Positions 13,062 through 25,212 of a DNA stretch of 64,000 bases are shown in pieces (position 1 is the first letter of the stretch; every line of letters starts with the position of its first letter). The translations under genes were made by a program, and so were the position numbers. This DNA comes from Balanoglossus misakiensis (lineage: Eukaryota; Animalia; Hemichordata): the NCBI GenBank assembly GCA_040954595.2, contig CM082592.2, positions 8,791,677-8,855,676 on the forward strand, read 5' to 3'. The notes under the pieces are model-generated. The model saw only the letters and a list, made by a program, of their open reading frames with translations. It had not been told where the DNA came from and searched no databases.

Positions 13062-16000
13062 GTGAGTACATGAAGGTTAAAAATTGATGCTAGCAATCGA
13101 ACAAAAGTTGTTTCTGTTTGCAGCCCACAGCTATTGAATTAAACCATCCGCTGCAAATACAGCAGCTGTACCACAAGCTCGGTGTCTCTAAGTCTCCCAC
13201 AAACGCCCCGTTCGAACACAATGGCGATATCCATCGCCAAGATCCGATATCCGCCATTGTGTGCCACACACACCCTACTTGACACCGCCTTCCCAATACA
13301 TCGGAAAATCATTGAGGAAACAAAGGTCTACACTTTGTTCTGAGTCTGACCTGTCAATATGGCGGAGTCTTGTATCTGTCGCTCAGAGAAGAACCGTCGG
13401 TTATAGGCAGCAGGATAAAGCCAGATCTGAGAAACTTTTTCAGGGACAAATCTACTAGTATGTGTTATTAGTAACGGCAATATCAACACTGTAAAGAACT
13501 AAAGGAAATATTTTCAAAACACGTCTTTTCGACAAAACTGGCATGAAGTGATTTAGCATTGGATGGTGTACCTGTCTACAACTCGTGCAATGCTTCAAAC
13601 CTCACAGAATTAACATACTAATAATTAAGCATACAAGTATGAAACACGGACCGTTTTTAATTACCGAGACACACATATTTCTGTGTCAAATAACCACTTT
13701 TATATATTTTCTCATTAAGTTCTCCGGCATAAATATCCGGTCTGTAATTACACGACCCTCCGTGTCTATTGCTGAATGTAGATAGGTGTGCGCAAGGTGC
13801 AGGGGTTCCGGAAAACAACTGGCGCAAGAAAAATACTGATAGATTAAAAGTGACATCATGCTGGGGGGAAAAAAGTCAAAATATTCTGAAATATTCATTT
13901 CACTGAACGAATGTCATTTTTCTTATAATTTAGATGTTTATAGTCGAATTCTGACACACACACAGGAAAGGTTACGGTGGTGGAAATCATATTGTGATAC
14001 ACCCTGGAGTGAAAAATTAAAATACGACTCCTTTCCGCTTGCAATTATTATCTCCGTAAAATTTCACAAAAATTGTCTGAAATGAATTCTCCATTTTTTC
14101 AACAATATTGAAACAATGGTATAGGCTTCAATGACACAGCTATTTTCCTTTTCCTTGGGGAGTTAGGAAGGGGCTATTCCTCAAATAAAGTGGTTGCCGC
14201 TGCCAACTAGCAAACGTATCAACTAGCATTAATTAACATTTATTGGTGAGTACGACTTGTTCACAAACAGACCAGACGGTCAATACCTCGATGAAAATAA
14301 CTGTACCCCTTCCGGTGCAGAAAATGTTTATGGATTTGTTTCCCTGAAACTCGAAAACATGACAAGAAGTTTTCAAAACACAGAAGCTCCTTTTCTGTCG
14401 TTAAAGAGTCTGCGGATTTAGAAAAACAAAAAACAATCTGATGAGAGTGAAAAACAAACTAATAATAAAATAAAAAAACAAGACCGTCCACCACCCAGAA
14501 TGAAAGTGCATTGGAGTGAATGCTAGACCTTTTTTTCCTGTGAATTCTAACAGGAGCCTAGGGCTTTGTGGCTCATTTGCTGGAGATGGCATATCTTTAA
14601 GTCTGCACTAATCCCTAGAAGCCCTACAGAGCTGGTTTAGCAAATGGCTGTGTAAAAGACTTATTTTCCTTTCAAATGGAAATCTCACTGGAACCCACAG
14701 CCATCTATCTGATGAATTCAAACACCACATTAAGGGAAAGTAACACTGCCGCTTAAACTACACGGCCCGGCCTTATCTCCAATCACGAGAACAGGAATTT
14801 GGGACGCTTGGAAACTTATTCAATAAACGGCAAATTGCGGTGGAGAGAAAAAACAATTTCACTAATCTGGAAAATTTGTTTGACTTGATTTGGCAGAGTA
14901 AGAAAAATTGGCAAGAACACAATTTACCGATGAAGTAATTTCCAAGTAAACCGAACGAGAACAGTGCCCGGTCAAAAAGTTCCTGTGCAATTATTTTCAT
15001 TTTACGCCATTACTTTTTTATGAACCTACAAATGCAGAATCAACATTGAAGGGAGGGGGGGGGGGGTATTTTTCCGCCCCAAGTCTTCAATTGAAATAGG
15101 GGAGGGGGAAATAATTAAACTCCGGCGCGAACTTCCATGAATCCAGGAATGCATCCTTCACTATATGAAGCCGTGTCTTCCACTCGCTGTTTGAAAACCG
15201 TTCCCGCATTTCCTGTCTGGAAGCCATGCAAAGCGCTAATTGTAGAAATTTATTAGTTTCCTCCCTACCTTTCAAATTGCATAACAGCAGAAGAAAAAAA
15301 AATAATTCAAGACTTAAAGACTTCAGTAATTATAAAAGTTAAGCCGGTGCGAAGCTTGAAAACGTTTTTTTTCTCTCTCTACTGTTTCACATTACTCTTG
15401 TGTTGTTTTTTTTGCCCCTATACGATGATTTGTGTAAGGAGTTGCTGAACCCGATCTTTCATTGCTAAAAATGTTTGGTTCGAATTACAGAGTCCCTCTA
15501 AATTTAGAAAAACTACAGACCACCGGAACGACTTGCCTTGCCTACCCCTTTACAATAGTACCCAATTGTTTTGGCTACCCCTCGGTTGTAGCACATGTTC
15601 TAGTTTACCTTACAATAACAGCTAACACAGTGCCACTGGTGCGTTTAGATTAAGGATTATGACGTCTTAATTAGTGTCTTAGAGAAAGTCGGTGTGATTG
15701 ACAGCCACAAGGACTGCAGGCCAGCTTTTCTTTTCTTCGGCGCAACTGAAACGTCCCAGCCACAATCACTCGGTGAACGATCGACGCATGCACGGGGAGG
15801 GCTTCTGAGGGGTGGCCGAATGGCTTCTTCAAGAAGAACACCGTTTCGGATTTTCTCATTTCCTGCGAAGAATTTCCTCGTTTTTCACCACCTTTTGTGT
15901 TTGGAGGTTGCAGCATAAAAATTTAACGACGACAGGGGGTTTGGTATTTTAATTGCAAGCTCAGGCTTGAAATTCGCAGTCTTGACGCTAACTGCCTCGC

Positions 16001-19000
16001 GTTCAAAAAAATAAAATAACACGAAACCCCCCCCCCCCCTCCCCGGCCATTGTGGACATCAGTACCTGAACAAATTCAAAGCACTTAAAGCGACCACCAA
16101 GTCATTAGTGAAACACACACAAACTTTCCATTTCCTGAAGGTTAAAACAGCTCCATCAGTTTGATCCGTCCACCACTCCTCTCTTGTAAAGCCATGCCAC
16201 AATTAATGCCCCCACTCTACAAGCGGCAAGTCCCTAAGCAACTGCCAAAAAAACAACAACATCAGCTTCCAAATATTTGACAAGTGAGGCAAATTCACCG
16301 AGCTGCTAGAAAGAGGGGGAAGGGGAGAGGGATAGGGTGGGATGATATACAGGAAAGCTGGCGTGGTGAAACTGACACCGGAGCAGGCTGGAAGGAATGC
16401 CATGTAAGGCTACACTCTGGAATGTTGGCTATACATATAAATGTTTTCAAGGTGTTAATAAGGCTTATTTCTTCCACATTCTGGGTAAACAGAGGAGGAG
16501 AACTCATTTGGTGTAGTATGTTTTTCTCCACCCTTCTTTTCACCGTGCTTGGGTAAACACTGCCAGGGAGTATTGAGAACGCAAGATTTCCCCAAAGGGG
16601 AGGAGGGGGAGGCCATGAAACCCTCCCACGCCATTCGCTTTTTGCGAAGTCCTTCCCCTTTGCTAAATTGCAACAAACATCACTGAAGCTTGGGAGAGAG
16701 AGAAAAAATGCTAGTTTTTTTTTAATCAGGTTAATGCACAAATAAAACAAGCTTTTGTCACTGTGAGCCCGCTGTCCCGCAGGCTCTCCGCCCCTCACGC
16801 AACAAATGGTACAGTCGAAAGTGAAATTCCATTGTGTGGCTGAAGTAAAGAGGGAATATTATACCAGCTTTGCCAGAACTGATTTGTTGAGTATTTTTTT
16901 TGTTAAGTGCCCACACAGCTCCCCTCCCTTCTTGGCTAGAATCAGTAAAAAGTCATAGTGTAAGACAAGTGTATGCATTACAGAATAGCTTTCATGCCTG
17001 CCAGCTTTATTTGTACTGAAGTAATGAGAGGGGCGGCACAGGAGATAGGCCCCCCAAAAGGGGGAACCATAGCCGGGGCCTAATTTGCACAGTGGTACAC
17101 ATGTCTGCCAAGTACATTAGGCATGCTACATGGCTGGGCTCCACAAAAGCCTGCCAAAGAATTAACCAATTACTAACAAAAGATAAGCATCTCAATGAGC
17201 TGCCAATCACTCTAAGCTGCTATGATTGACAGCTCTGTAGGCTTCAGTGGCATTTACACCATTAGCTGCTGTTGAAAACCATCTTCCTTTTTTCCCCCTC
17301 TCTTTTTCTCTCGACATGATACTTCGGGTACCTGTTAAAACCAACCAGTTTCAAAATGATCTCCTTTCGATTTTGCAGGCTCTGAACAAGAAAAGCTCGG
17401 CAATCTTTCAGCTCGTTCCCTCCTAAAAGAGCCACAAAACGCTCCAATCACCAAAGTATTTTTGCCAGTGAAGTTTCAAATCGAACAAACATTCAGAACC
17501 GGGCAACTGCAACCCCGTGTAAACTGTCACTCACAGTTCACTGTTCAGTCTACTGAACCGTTTCCGAGGATATCAGTTTCTAAATGAGTATTTCTCAAGA
17601 CACTGATCGTAATCTGGGCCTGCCAGTGAATAATGACTGATTCAAAAACTGATTCAGGATTTGCTTGTGTGCCGTGTATTATGACTGACTCAATCCGAAC
17701 AAAAACCAGAAGTTTCCTGGTGGGGCGTTAATGGACTTGCGTGAAAGAAACGGCACCTGAAATGGAAAAATAATGCGCAAAAATTGCCCAAAGTGGTAAA
17801 CTGCATTAAATTTGGCTCTGAAAACAAAATGGACACTCCACACCTGATGTATGCACACAAACAATGGGGAAGGTGGTCTGACAAATCATTACCACCACGG
17901 GAGCGTGCTTACGTCACTCTAACCGTCATGTATTAATAATGACAAATTTGCTGACATTCTTGGGAATTATCCAAGCAAGCAATCATTTGTTTCCAGTGTA
18001 GTAATTACCTCTGTTCAACAGAATGTCAGAATCCTCGGCACATGTGATCGCCAGCCCGGCTTCCCATTCGCCGAACGGCAGAAATCCCTAATCACAGCTA
18101 AATTCTGTCTGCAACTTCATGACCCTTTCAAAATCCAAAAGTTCTATTTAATCGGCATGTGGTCCACAGTTTACTACGACTTCTTATTTTTAATTGAGAT
18201 GTACCGCTGAGAATTTTGATAAGGTGGGAAATGTGGCATGTTGTTTTTCACCAAACACAGAAATCGCCAACGCCTGCAATTTTTAGACCCAAAATACACA
18301 AATTTTCAAAAATACGCTCATTTCACTAATGATCATAAAAAACAACTATTATTAGCAGAAATTTTCAACAAAAAATGTGAGTCTTCAAATGGAAATATTG
18401 AGGGATTTTCAGGATTGAATATTCATTAATTTGGAATAGCATGCATTTTTCTTGAACTTTCTCCAATTCATGCAAGCGATTGAAAAATTAACATTTCTCA
18501 TCAGTGAAGAAATCTCACAAAAATCCAAGGACAAAAAGGTCACATTCTAAACAGTCAACATAATTTGAACAGTTTCAACCATTTCCAGCCAAAAAAATCA
18601 CAGTACAATCTTTTCCTAGACAAGTAGCGGTAGTAAATTTTCCATGATTAATCCCAATAAACTGCCATAAATTCTTTTTGGGTTTCTCTGCTCGCAGTAA
18701 AATTGCGGCATATAAGGACAAGTTAATGAGGGATTGACTTTTGGTTTATGCTCTCATCTTGGATTAACCATCATGATCAGAGGATTTTTTTTTCCGTTCT
18801 TTACTTTTTTATGAAGTGCGCAAAGGTTACACTGCGCAGTCTTCTGTCTGCAGAAACTACACATTTTTCACAGCGCCAATTCCTCACTTGAAATAATTTA
18901 TTTATGAAGATTTTTTTCCAAAGCGAACTGTTTCACAACTTCATTTGAATTTGTGAGTGACAGGGTATCACTTCCGAAAGAAAATATTTGTGTCTTTTTT

Positions 19001-22000
19001 TATTGACTTCAAAACTTTTCCATAAATTTCTCATTTTGTTCCTGGTTAAATGAGACATGAATTGATGGATTATCTTGCGAGCAGACCAGAATTTCAAAGA
19101 AGTCTAATTATTATTCATGAGTTTTTTGCAAAAAAGTGAAAATTAACAGCTACCCAATGACCTGTGATATTCAACCATTTTTTTTTCTCAAATTATATTT
19201 TTTTTAAACTGCTGCACGACTTCTGGATGAGGACAATGCAGATTTGTAAAATTTTCATTTTGCAAAAACCAGGAAGAAATTACGGAACCTAGAAAATTTA
19301 GCCTCGCTGCCAAGCACTTTTCACCACAGAATCTGCAGACATGATGCAAGGAGAATTGACAATGTGCGTAGATCTCGTAAGAGAGAAGAAAACTCACAAG
19401 ACCCATGTGACTTAAGTTGCATGTGCTCGAGGGCCCTGTGGCAAGCTGAAGTAGCGGCCTACGACACTTGTGTTGTATCAGGCGAGGAAGCTTGCAAAAA
19501 CTGGTGCTATTGTGTTCCGGAGAGGGGGGGAGAGAGCATTTTCTCTTTTGTGGTTTCAGCAGGTCTGTGGAGTGGACTTTCAACAGGGATTCTTGGCAAG
19601 TATAATGCCTTTCAGTGCGGGGACCTGACCCTGTCATGGCTGACAACAGAGGCAGTTTCAAAACAACCACGTTGAGCTGGCTGAAAAACTCAGCGGCAGT
19701 GTTCGGGGTTTTTTTCACAACATATTTAAGACTTCGGCTTTGACCCGAGGTTATATCATATTATTGTGCACAGCCAGGGACAAGACTCTGCTTGATTACA
19801 CAGGTACAAGAAACGGACTGGTGAATTTGAGTGTACTGATGACAACTCGAGGCGCACAGCCAAAATATGGCCACCACTAGACAAATTCACAGAAATTTCT
19901 GAAATCTAGGAGGGGAAAAACCAAAAACGCACCACAGGATTTATTTTCTGTTCTTACAAGCACATGCTTCAGTAATGTTTGTTTGCAGAAACCGTTACGC
20001 AACAATAGGACAATCCTACTGAATTTGCCCAATGTTTCCTAAACTGAAAGGTCACGAAGGGTTGACACCGGCGATGACATTGTCATGGCTTCTACGTGTT
20101 AATTTAAGAATACAGGATTGTGCGTAAAGGTCAAAGATATTTTGTGTGAAAAATATATTCCTAAAGATACAGGCAGATACCTGTACTGGGACTTAGCACC
20201 TGCTTTCTCTCTCTTTTTTAAAAAAACCCTGATTTTTCTGCATGCTGTCATTTTAGTCGCACAGCTTTAGAATATGCTGCTTCCAATTTCACACCTAGCT
20301 GCCACCCAAATGTGCAAAAATGTAGTGAGCGCCCATCTGTTTTAGTTTTTAAACCATTATGATTGTCAACTAGACAAATTGCATGTGAAAACTGAACCAT
20401 TTCTCTTTTCACCAGATTGACTGGACAGAATCAGGATGGTAAATTTTCCCGCCTAAAATGGTACATTTGTAATCTCTTCTCACATGCGACAAAATCTGCC
20501 ACCATTTTGCCTAGCTGCCTACAAAATGTGTAAAAACAATTGTCCTCAGTTCTCTGCCATTGGTTCATGCCCATCACCATGACAAAAATCGGCAACCACC
20601 TGCAAACGGCATCAGCACATAACATTGGATTTGAACCAGATGTTCTACCTGAAACCATACCAGACTTGTTCAAACTGTTAGGAGCATGCGATAAAAAATA
20701 CCCTTTTTTCATCAGCGAAGACATTTTTGGCCATCATGCCTACAGATGCAGGTACAGGCAGTTTTATGAAGCGTATAAATACACAACGATTGCAGTCTGC
20801 CACTAAACAAATATGGTGGGTGTAGAAATTCAATGTGGTATCATGTGAAAGAAGTTTACAAAACAGTCGTCCATTCACGGGGCTCCTTTTATTAGACCGG
20901 CGTGGCGAGTCTGTGTACCCCTTAGAAATTGCCAAAGCAGTCAAAATTAAATAAGCTAAAAGTTTCGGAACACAATGAGAGGAACAGCTGGAGGTCAAAA
21001 GAGACAATGGCTATTCCCTAGTGAAAACAAACCCACATACTTGTACGAATTCCAACAATGTCCACACACTCGGACATGTTTTTTTCCTCTGATTTTGGCA
21101 TATTCTACCTATCAAGCGTTTCAAGACTAAAAGCTCCCGTTTGGCAGGAAACTGCACTTTGACAAAATTTTCGAACTTCACTCAGGATTATCTCTGTATA
21201 GACACATTGAGCTGAGTTTGATTTTTTGCCAAGCTTTTTTTCAAGATCTGGTCTTTGGACTTTGGCAAGACTGAAGAGAATCAGGGCTCTTGAATACAGC
21301 ATGTGGGTGTATTTGGTTATTTTTTTATTATCTGATTACAATTTCTGAAGGGCCTGACGCTGTAGTAAATTTTAGCCATTTAGCCATATGACAAAAGTTG
21401 GTGAGCAATGAAGCTATAACCCAGCATAACCCTTATTTCTATCAATTGTCATCATAACCCTTCTTTGTATTGACTGGGAGGTGCAAGAGATGTTAATTCT
21501 GACACAAAATATTTTGTGTTATCACCGAAGCTAATGTCTGTCTGCACAATGAATGCTGATGTTTGAACAGCGAAGTTGGAGAGAGAAAAAATCTGGGACT
21601 CTGGACTGAAAAGTTGATAATCGTGTGTCGCTATGTGACTGGATGTAACCCACAGCATTCTTGTACCAACAGCATTTGAACCTGATGACATCTGGGGACA
21701 ACGGCAATGAAATTTGATACTGTATGATATTCTATAAATGATCACTAAATTCTTGATAAATTAAAGGTACACTAAATTCAATGGAGACTTCTTTCAGTTT
21801 CTCATCTTCATTTAAATTAACATCACGAATTTTACGAATTTAGATAAAAACTGCCTATTTCAACAGAATATTAAATATATACAGTGCTGTACACACCGGA
21901 CTTGCGAAGTTAAATGTGCAACAATAAATTGTCAAGATGTCAAATTCAGATTATATTTGCCAATTCACTGCATGTGTACAATGAGCTTTATCATTCAAAC

Positions 22001-25000
22001 ATTTCAGAATTCCTGAACAAAAAATACACAGAAGACCATCCCTTTGTATTTTTTTTTCTGTGGGGTAGTTTCAGTTGTCACAAACGATGAAGAGAAAAAC
22101 GTTTTATTTTCTCGGGAACAAGATATTGAAAAATAAAACGGCATTTCTTGGGGCTCCAGGAGTAAACACCGTTGCAGTGTGCCAGCTGGATGAAGTCGTC
22201 ACCTCAACTTTTTGAAAGAAAAATTACATTTCCCAAAGCGCCCTTTTTCTCTTGTTCTTATTTTGTGTAAAGTGATACACTAAGCTGTCTGTCTATGGAA
22301 ACTGAGAAAATGTAGTGTCTATACTGGCCCTTTAGTGTGTAAAGTCCAGACTATTTTTGGCAGTGCTCATGCATGTACCATATATCAAAGCTTTCTAAGA
22401 TGTTTATCACGGGGTTTTTCTGGTGGTTGGGGGAGCTCTGGTTACATCTTGCCTTTGGTTAGAAATCACTGTATGGGGACTAACCCCCCTCCTCCCCCCC
22501 CCACCCCCCACCCATCCACCAACTTGGTATGATCTGATTATAACAAATCCAATACATGGCTGTCCACATTATCTCACTTGCTGCACTATTCAGTGAAGAC
22601 TTGACTCACAAAGACCAGGGGAGGGGTGGATGAGTGTAAATCTAAAAAAAATCACCAACTCCATTGCCGTTGAACGTGTATCAGAGATCTTTCAAAATAA
22701 AACTGATGATAATCCAAGCCCTTCTTGAAATGAGGTCAAACTATCAGATTTCTGTTTGACAGCGTCCCCAAATACATGACAAATTTACATGCTCATGAGT
22801 TGACCTTTGACCTCTACTCTGATTATGACGAAGAGTAAATAATTAAGAGGAAAAGTACAGCTTTGTGTCTCTGCTGAATTCTTTAAAAGAAGTGTTTAAT
22901 TTTTCAAAAACTACTTAAACCTCCATTTGTATAAATTTACAACATGCGATTATCAATTGACACAGCTGTTTTACGGAATAAGGGAAAATTACTTTCTGTA
23001 TAAGCTCGAGTTCATGCATGTGGTGGTGGCGGTTTTATTACCATCTGACTGACAAAATAAAGCTTTTTTACAACTACTTCAAATTTGCCTACAAACAAAA
23101 GAGCAATCATGACTGGCCAATTAACACGCAAGCCATGGGGCGAGACAAATTTGAACAAAGACAGTAAAAAAATCCAGTAAATATCATCTCTGATTAGCAC
23201 CAGTTGGTAAACTGACAGAACAAATTTTGATTTTATGAGGCAAAGATGCATTGGTTACATATCAACCACAAATTTGTACTGTATGAAACAATTGGTGTGC
23301 TATACAGTTAGGCGACATGATACTGGCTAGGGAGTAAAGAACAGATAACGACGACGGACCAGTCAATTTTTAAGTTAAATTAAAATATCTGAATTGATGC
23401 ACTTGTGCGTGGTGTAGGATTATTTAACGAGCTCGGCTGTTCCAAAAAAGGCCCTTTTTTGTATGACACGAGAAACACACACTGACACGCACACACGGCG
23501 CATCAGTGGTGCCTCTCTGAGAATTGCGTGTCGCTGTAATCGACACTCGTGTGTCAGATGTGCCATCTTTTTTTTGGTGAGATTTGAATTTCACAGTTTT
23601 GTACAGCCCAATTGTAATATGTCTCAGAGGAACTCCCGTTCCTTTATGCTATGTTAATTGGCCCAGTCCCAGGGTGCAATGGGTGAAATTAGCAGAGAAA
23701 TGGGACTCCCAAGGCAAAGGGTCTCCATTACAGTGTCTTTTTTTTCAAAGGTTGAGACTGCATCACAGAGAATCAGGATTCCAGTTCGGTGGTGTGTTTT
23801 TTTTCTTCATATAAAAGTCGGAGGGGGGGGGGGGGGGGTTTGGCTGGGCAACCTGGAGAGACTATAATTTATATGCATAACACACAAGATGGTTTGCGAT
23901 GAGAGGCGCATGCATTAATGATCACCCAAGAAAGTATTGCCTCCGAGCCTTGCATGACTGCACAATGACTGTTTGCAAACGTAGAGAGCACGCAGTGGAC
24001 GACAGGACCCAACAATCATGCTACACTCGGCGCTACCCAGTCAAGCTTTAAGTATTTTTTAACTGCCTGACCGTCTTTGTCATGAAATTTTCACACACCA
24101 GCGCTGGCACTGTCTGTCACGCGTCTCACTCGCGGCCACTCCTGGCATGCACTAATGATGAAGAATGGGCCGAGAGATCACATCTTTTACCGAACACAAA
24201 AGACAGACAGTTAGGTCAGGTTTTAATGCGGTACAACAGCTGACTTGAAGGATTATCATTTTTCCAGTTAATTTCCCCCCAATGAAAAACAAAATAAATT
24301 TCTACAACTCAGAATGTCAATCAAGAAACGAAATCACAGGCATTAAATTTTCTTCTTCATTTCTACCGTGGAAACCAAAATTCCAACCCGTCGAAAAAAT
24401 TATGATACATGTGTCACATTTCTGTTTTACACCACAGTAGTGCATCTGGAATTATTTATCGAAATGTCTGCAACAGACAATCTGATTTTTTTGATCAGGG
24501 TGCACTGAAATTTCACCGCGATTACAACGCCATGTACTGACTTACAATCCCACCTGACCTTTGAACTTGCAAGCAATCCAGTTTAATTTCAACAACAACA
24601 TGGCATTAAACAAGCCAGCAGTTATTACTGACTCACAACCGCTGTACAGTGTATTTTATCAACCAATCACTTTCTCCATTTTGGAATAAGTCTTGCAAAA
24701 TGAGACTGTGTCTCTCATCTGCTTCTATGGCAACTTTCATAAACTTTTCTCTCATTTTCAAACTTAGCCTCTCTAAATAAAATTTTTACTCTTTTTTTAC
24801 ACATATGTTCACTAACTTGAAAATTTCTCAAACATTAATTAAAACAAAAAATGACAGGTCAATAGGAGTTTGTTTTCAAAGATCATTCTGATGAAGAAAT
24901 GATTTACAAATTGCTTGCTTATTTTAATTCATTTCCACAGAATAAAATCAGTTTGTTGGGTTACTACTATAGTAGCTGTAATGTTCATTAATAAGCAATT

Positions 25001-25212
25001 TTTTTTTTTACATTTCTGGGCAACTTAAACTCTGAGGAAAAAATGCAGGACAGCTGTACAATTTGACATTTTTTCTTATTCAGATTTCAACTCTCTAAAA
25101 TTTTACTAAGTGATTTGCATGACCAGTAAGGTTTCACACTATTCATATAGTAGGTGCCAGCCAGACTACAGTACTGTATTTGCTAGAGTGAGAGAAAAAA
25201 AAGGCAAATTAC

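Noticed and set aside
16295-19718. Longer ORFs in the gene-free region (16295-16798 and 19188-19718)
   Set aside because: Non-ATG starts, low-complexity or random composition, no splice-consistent neighbours and no domain signal.
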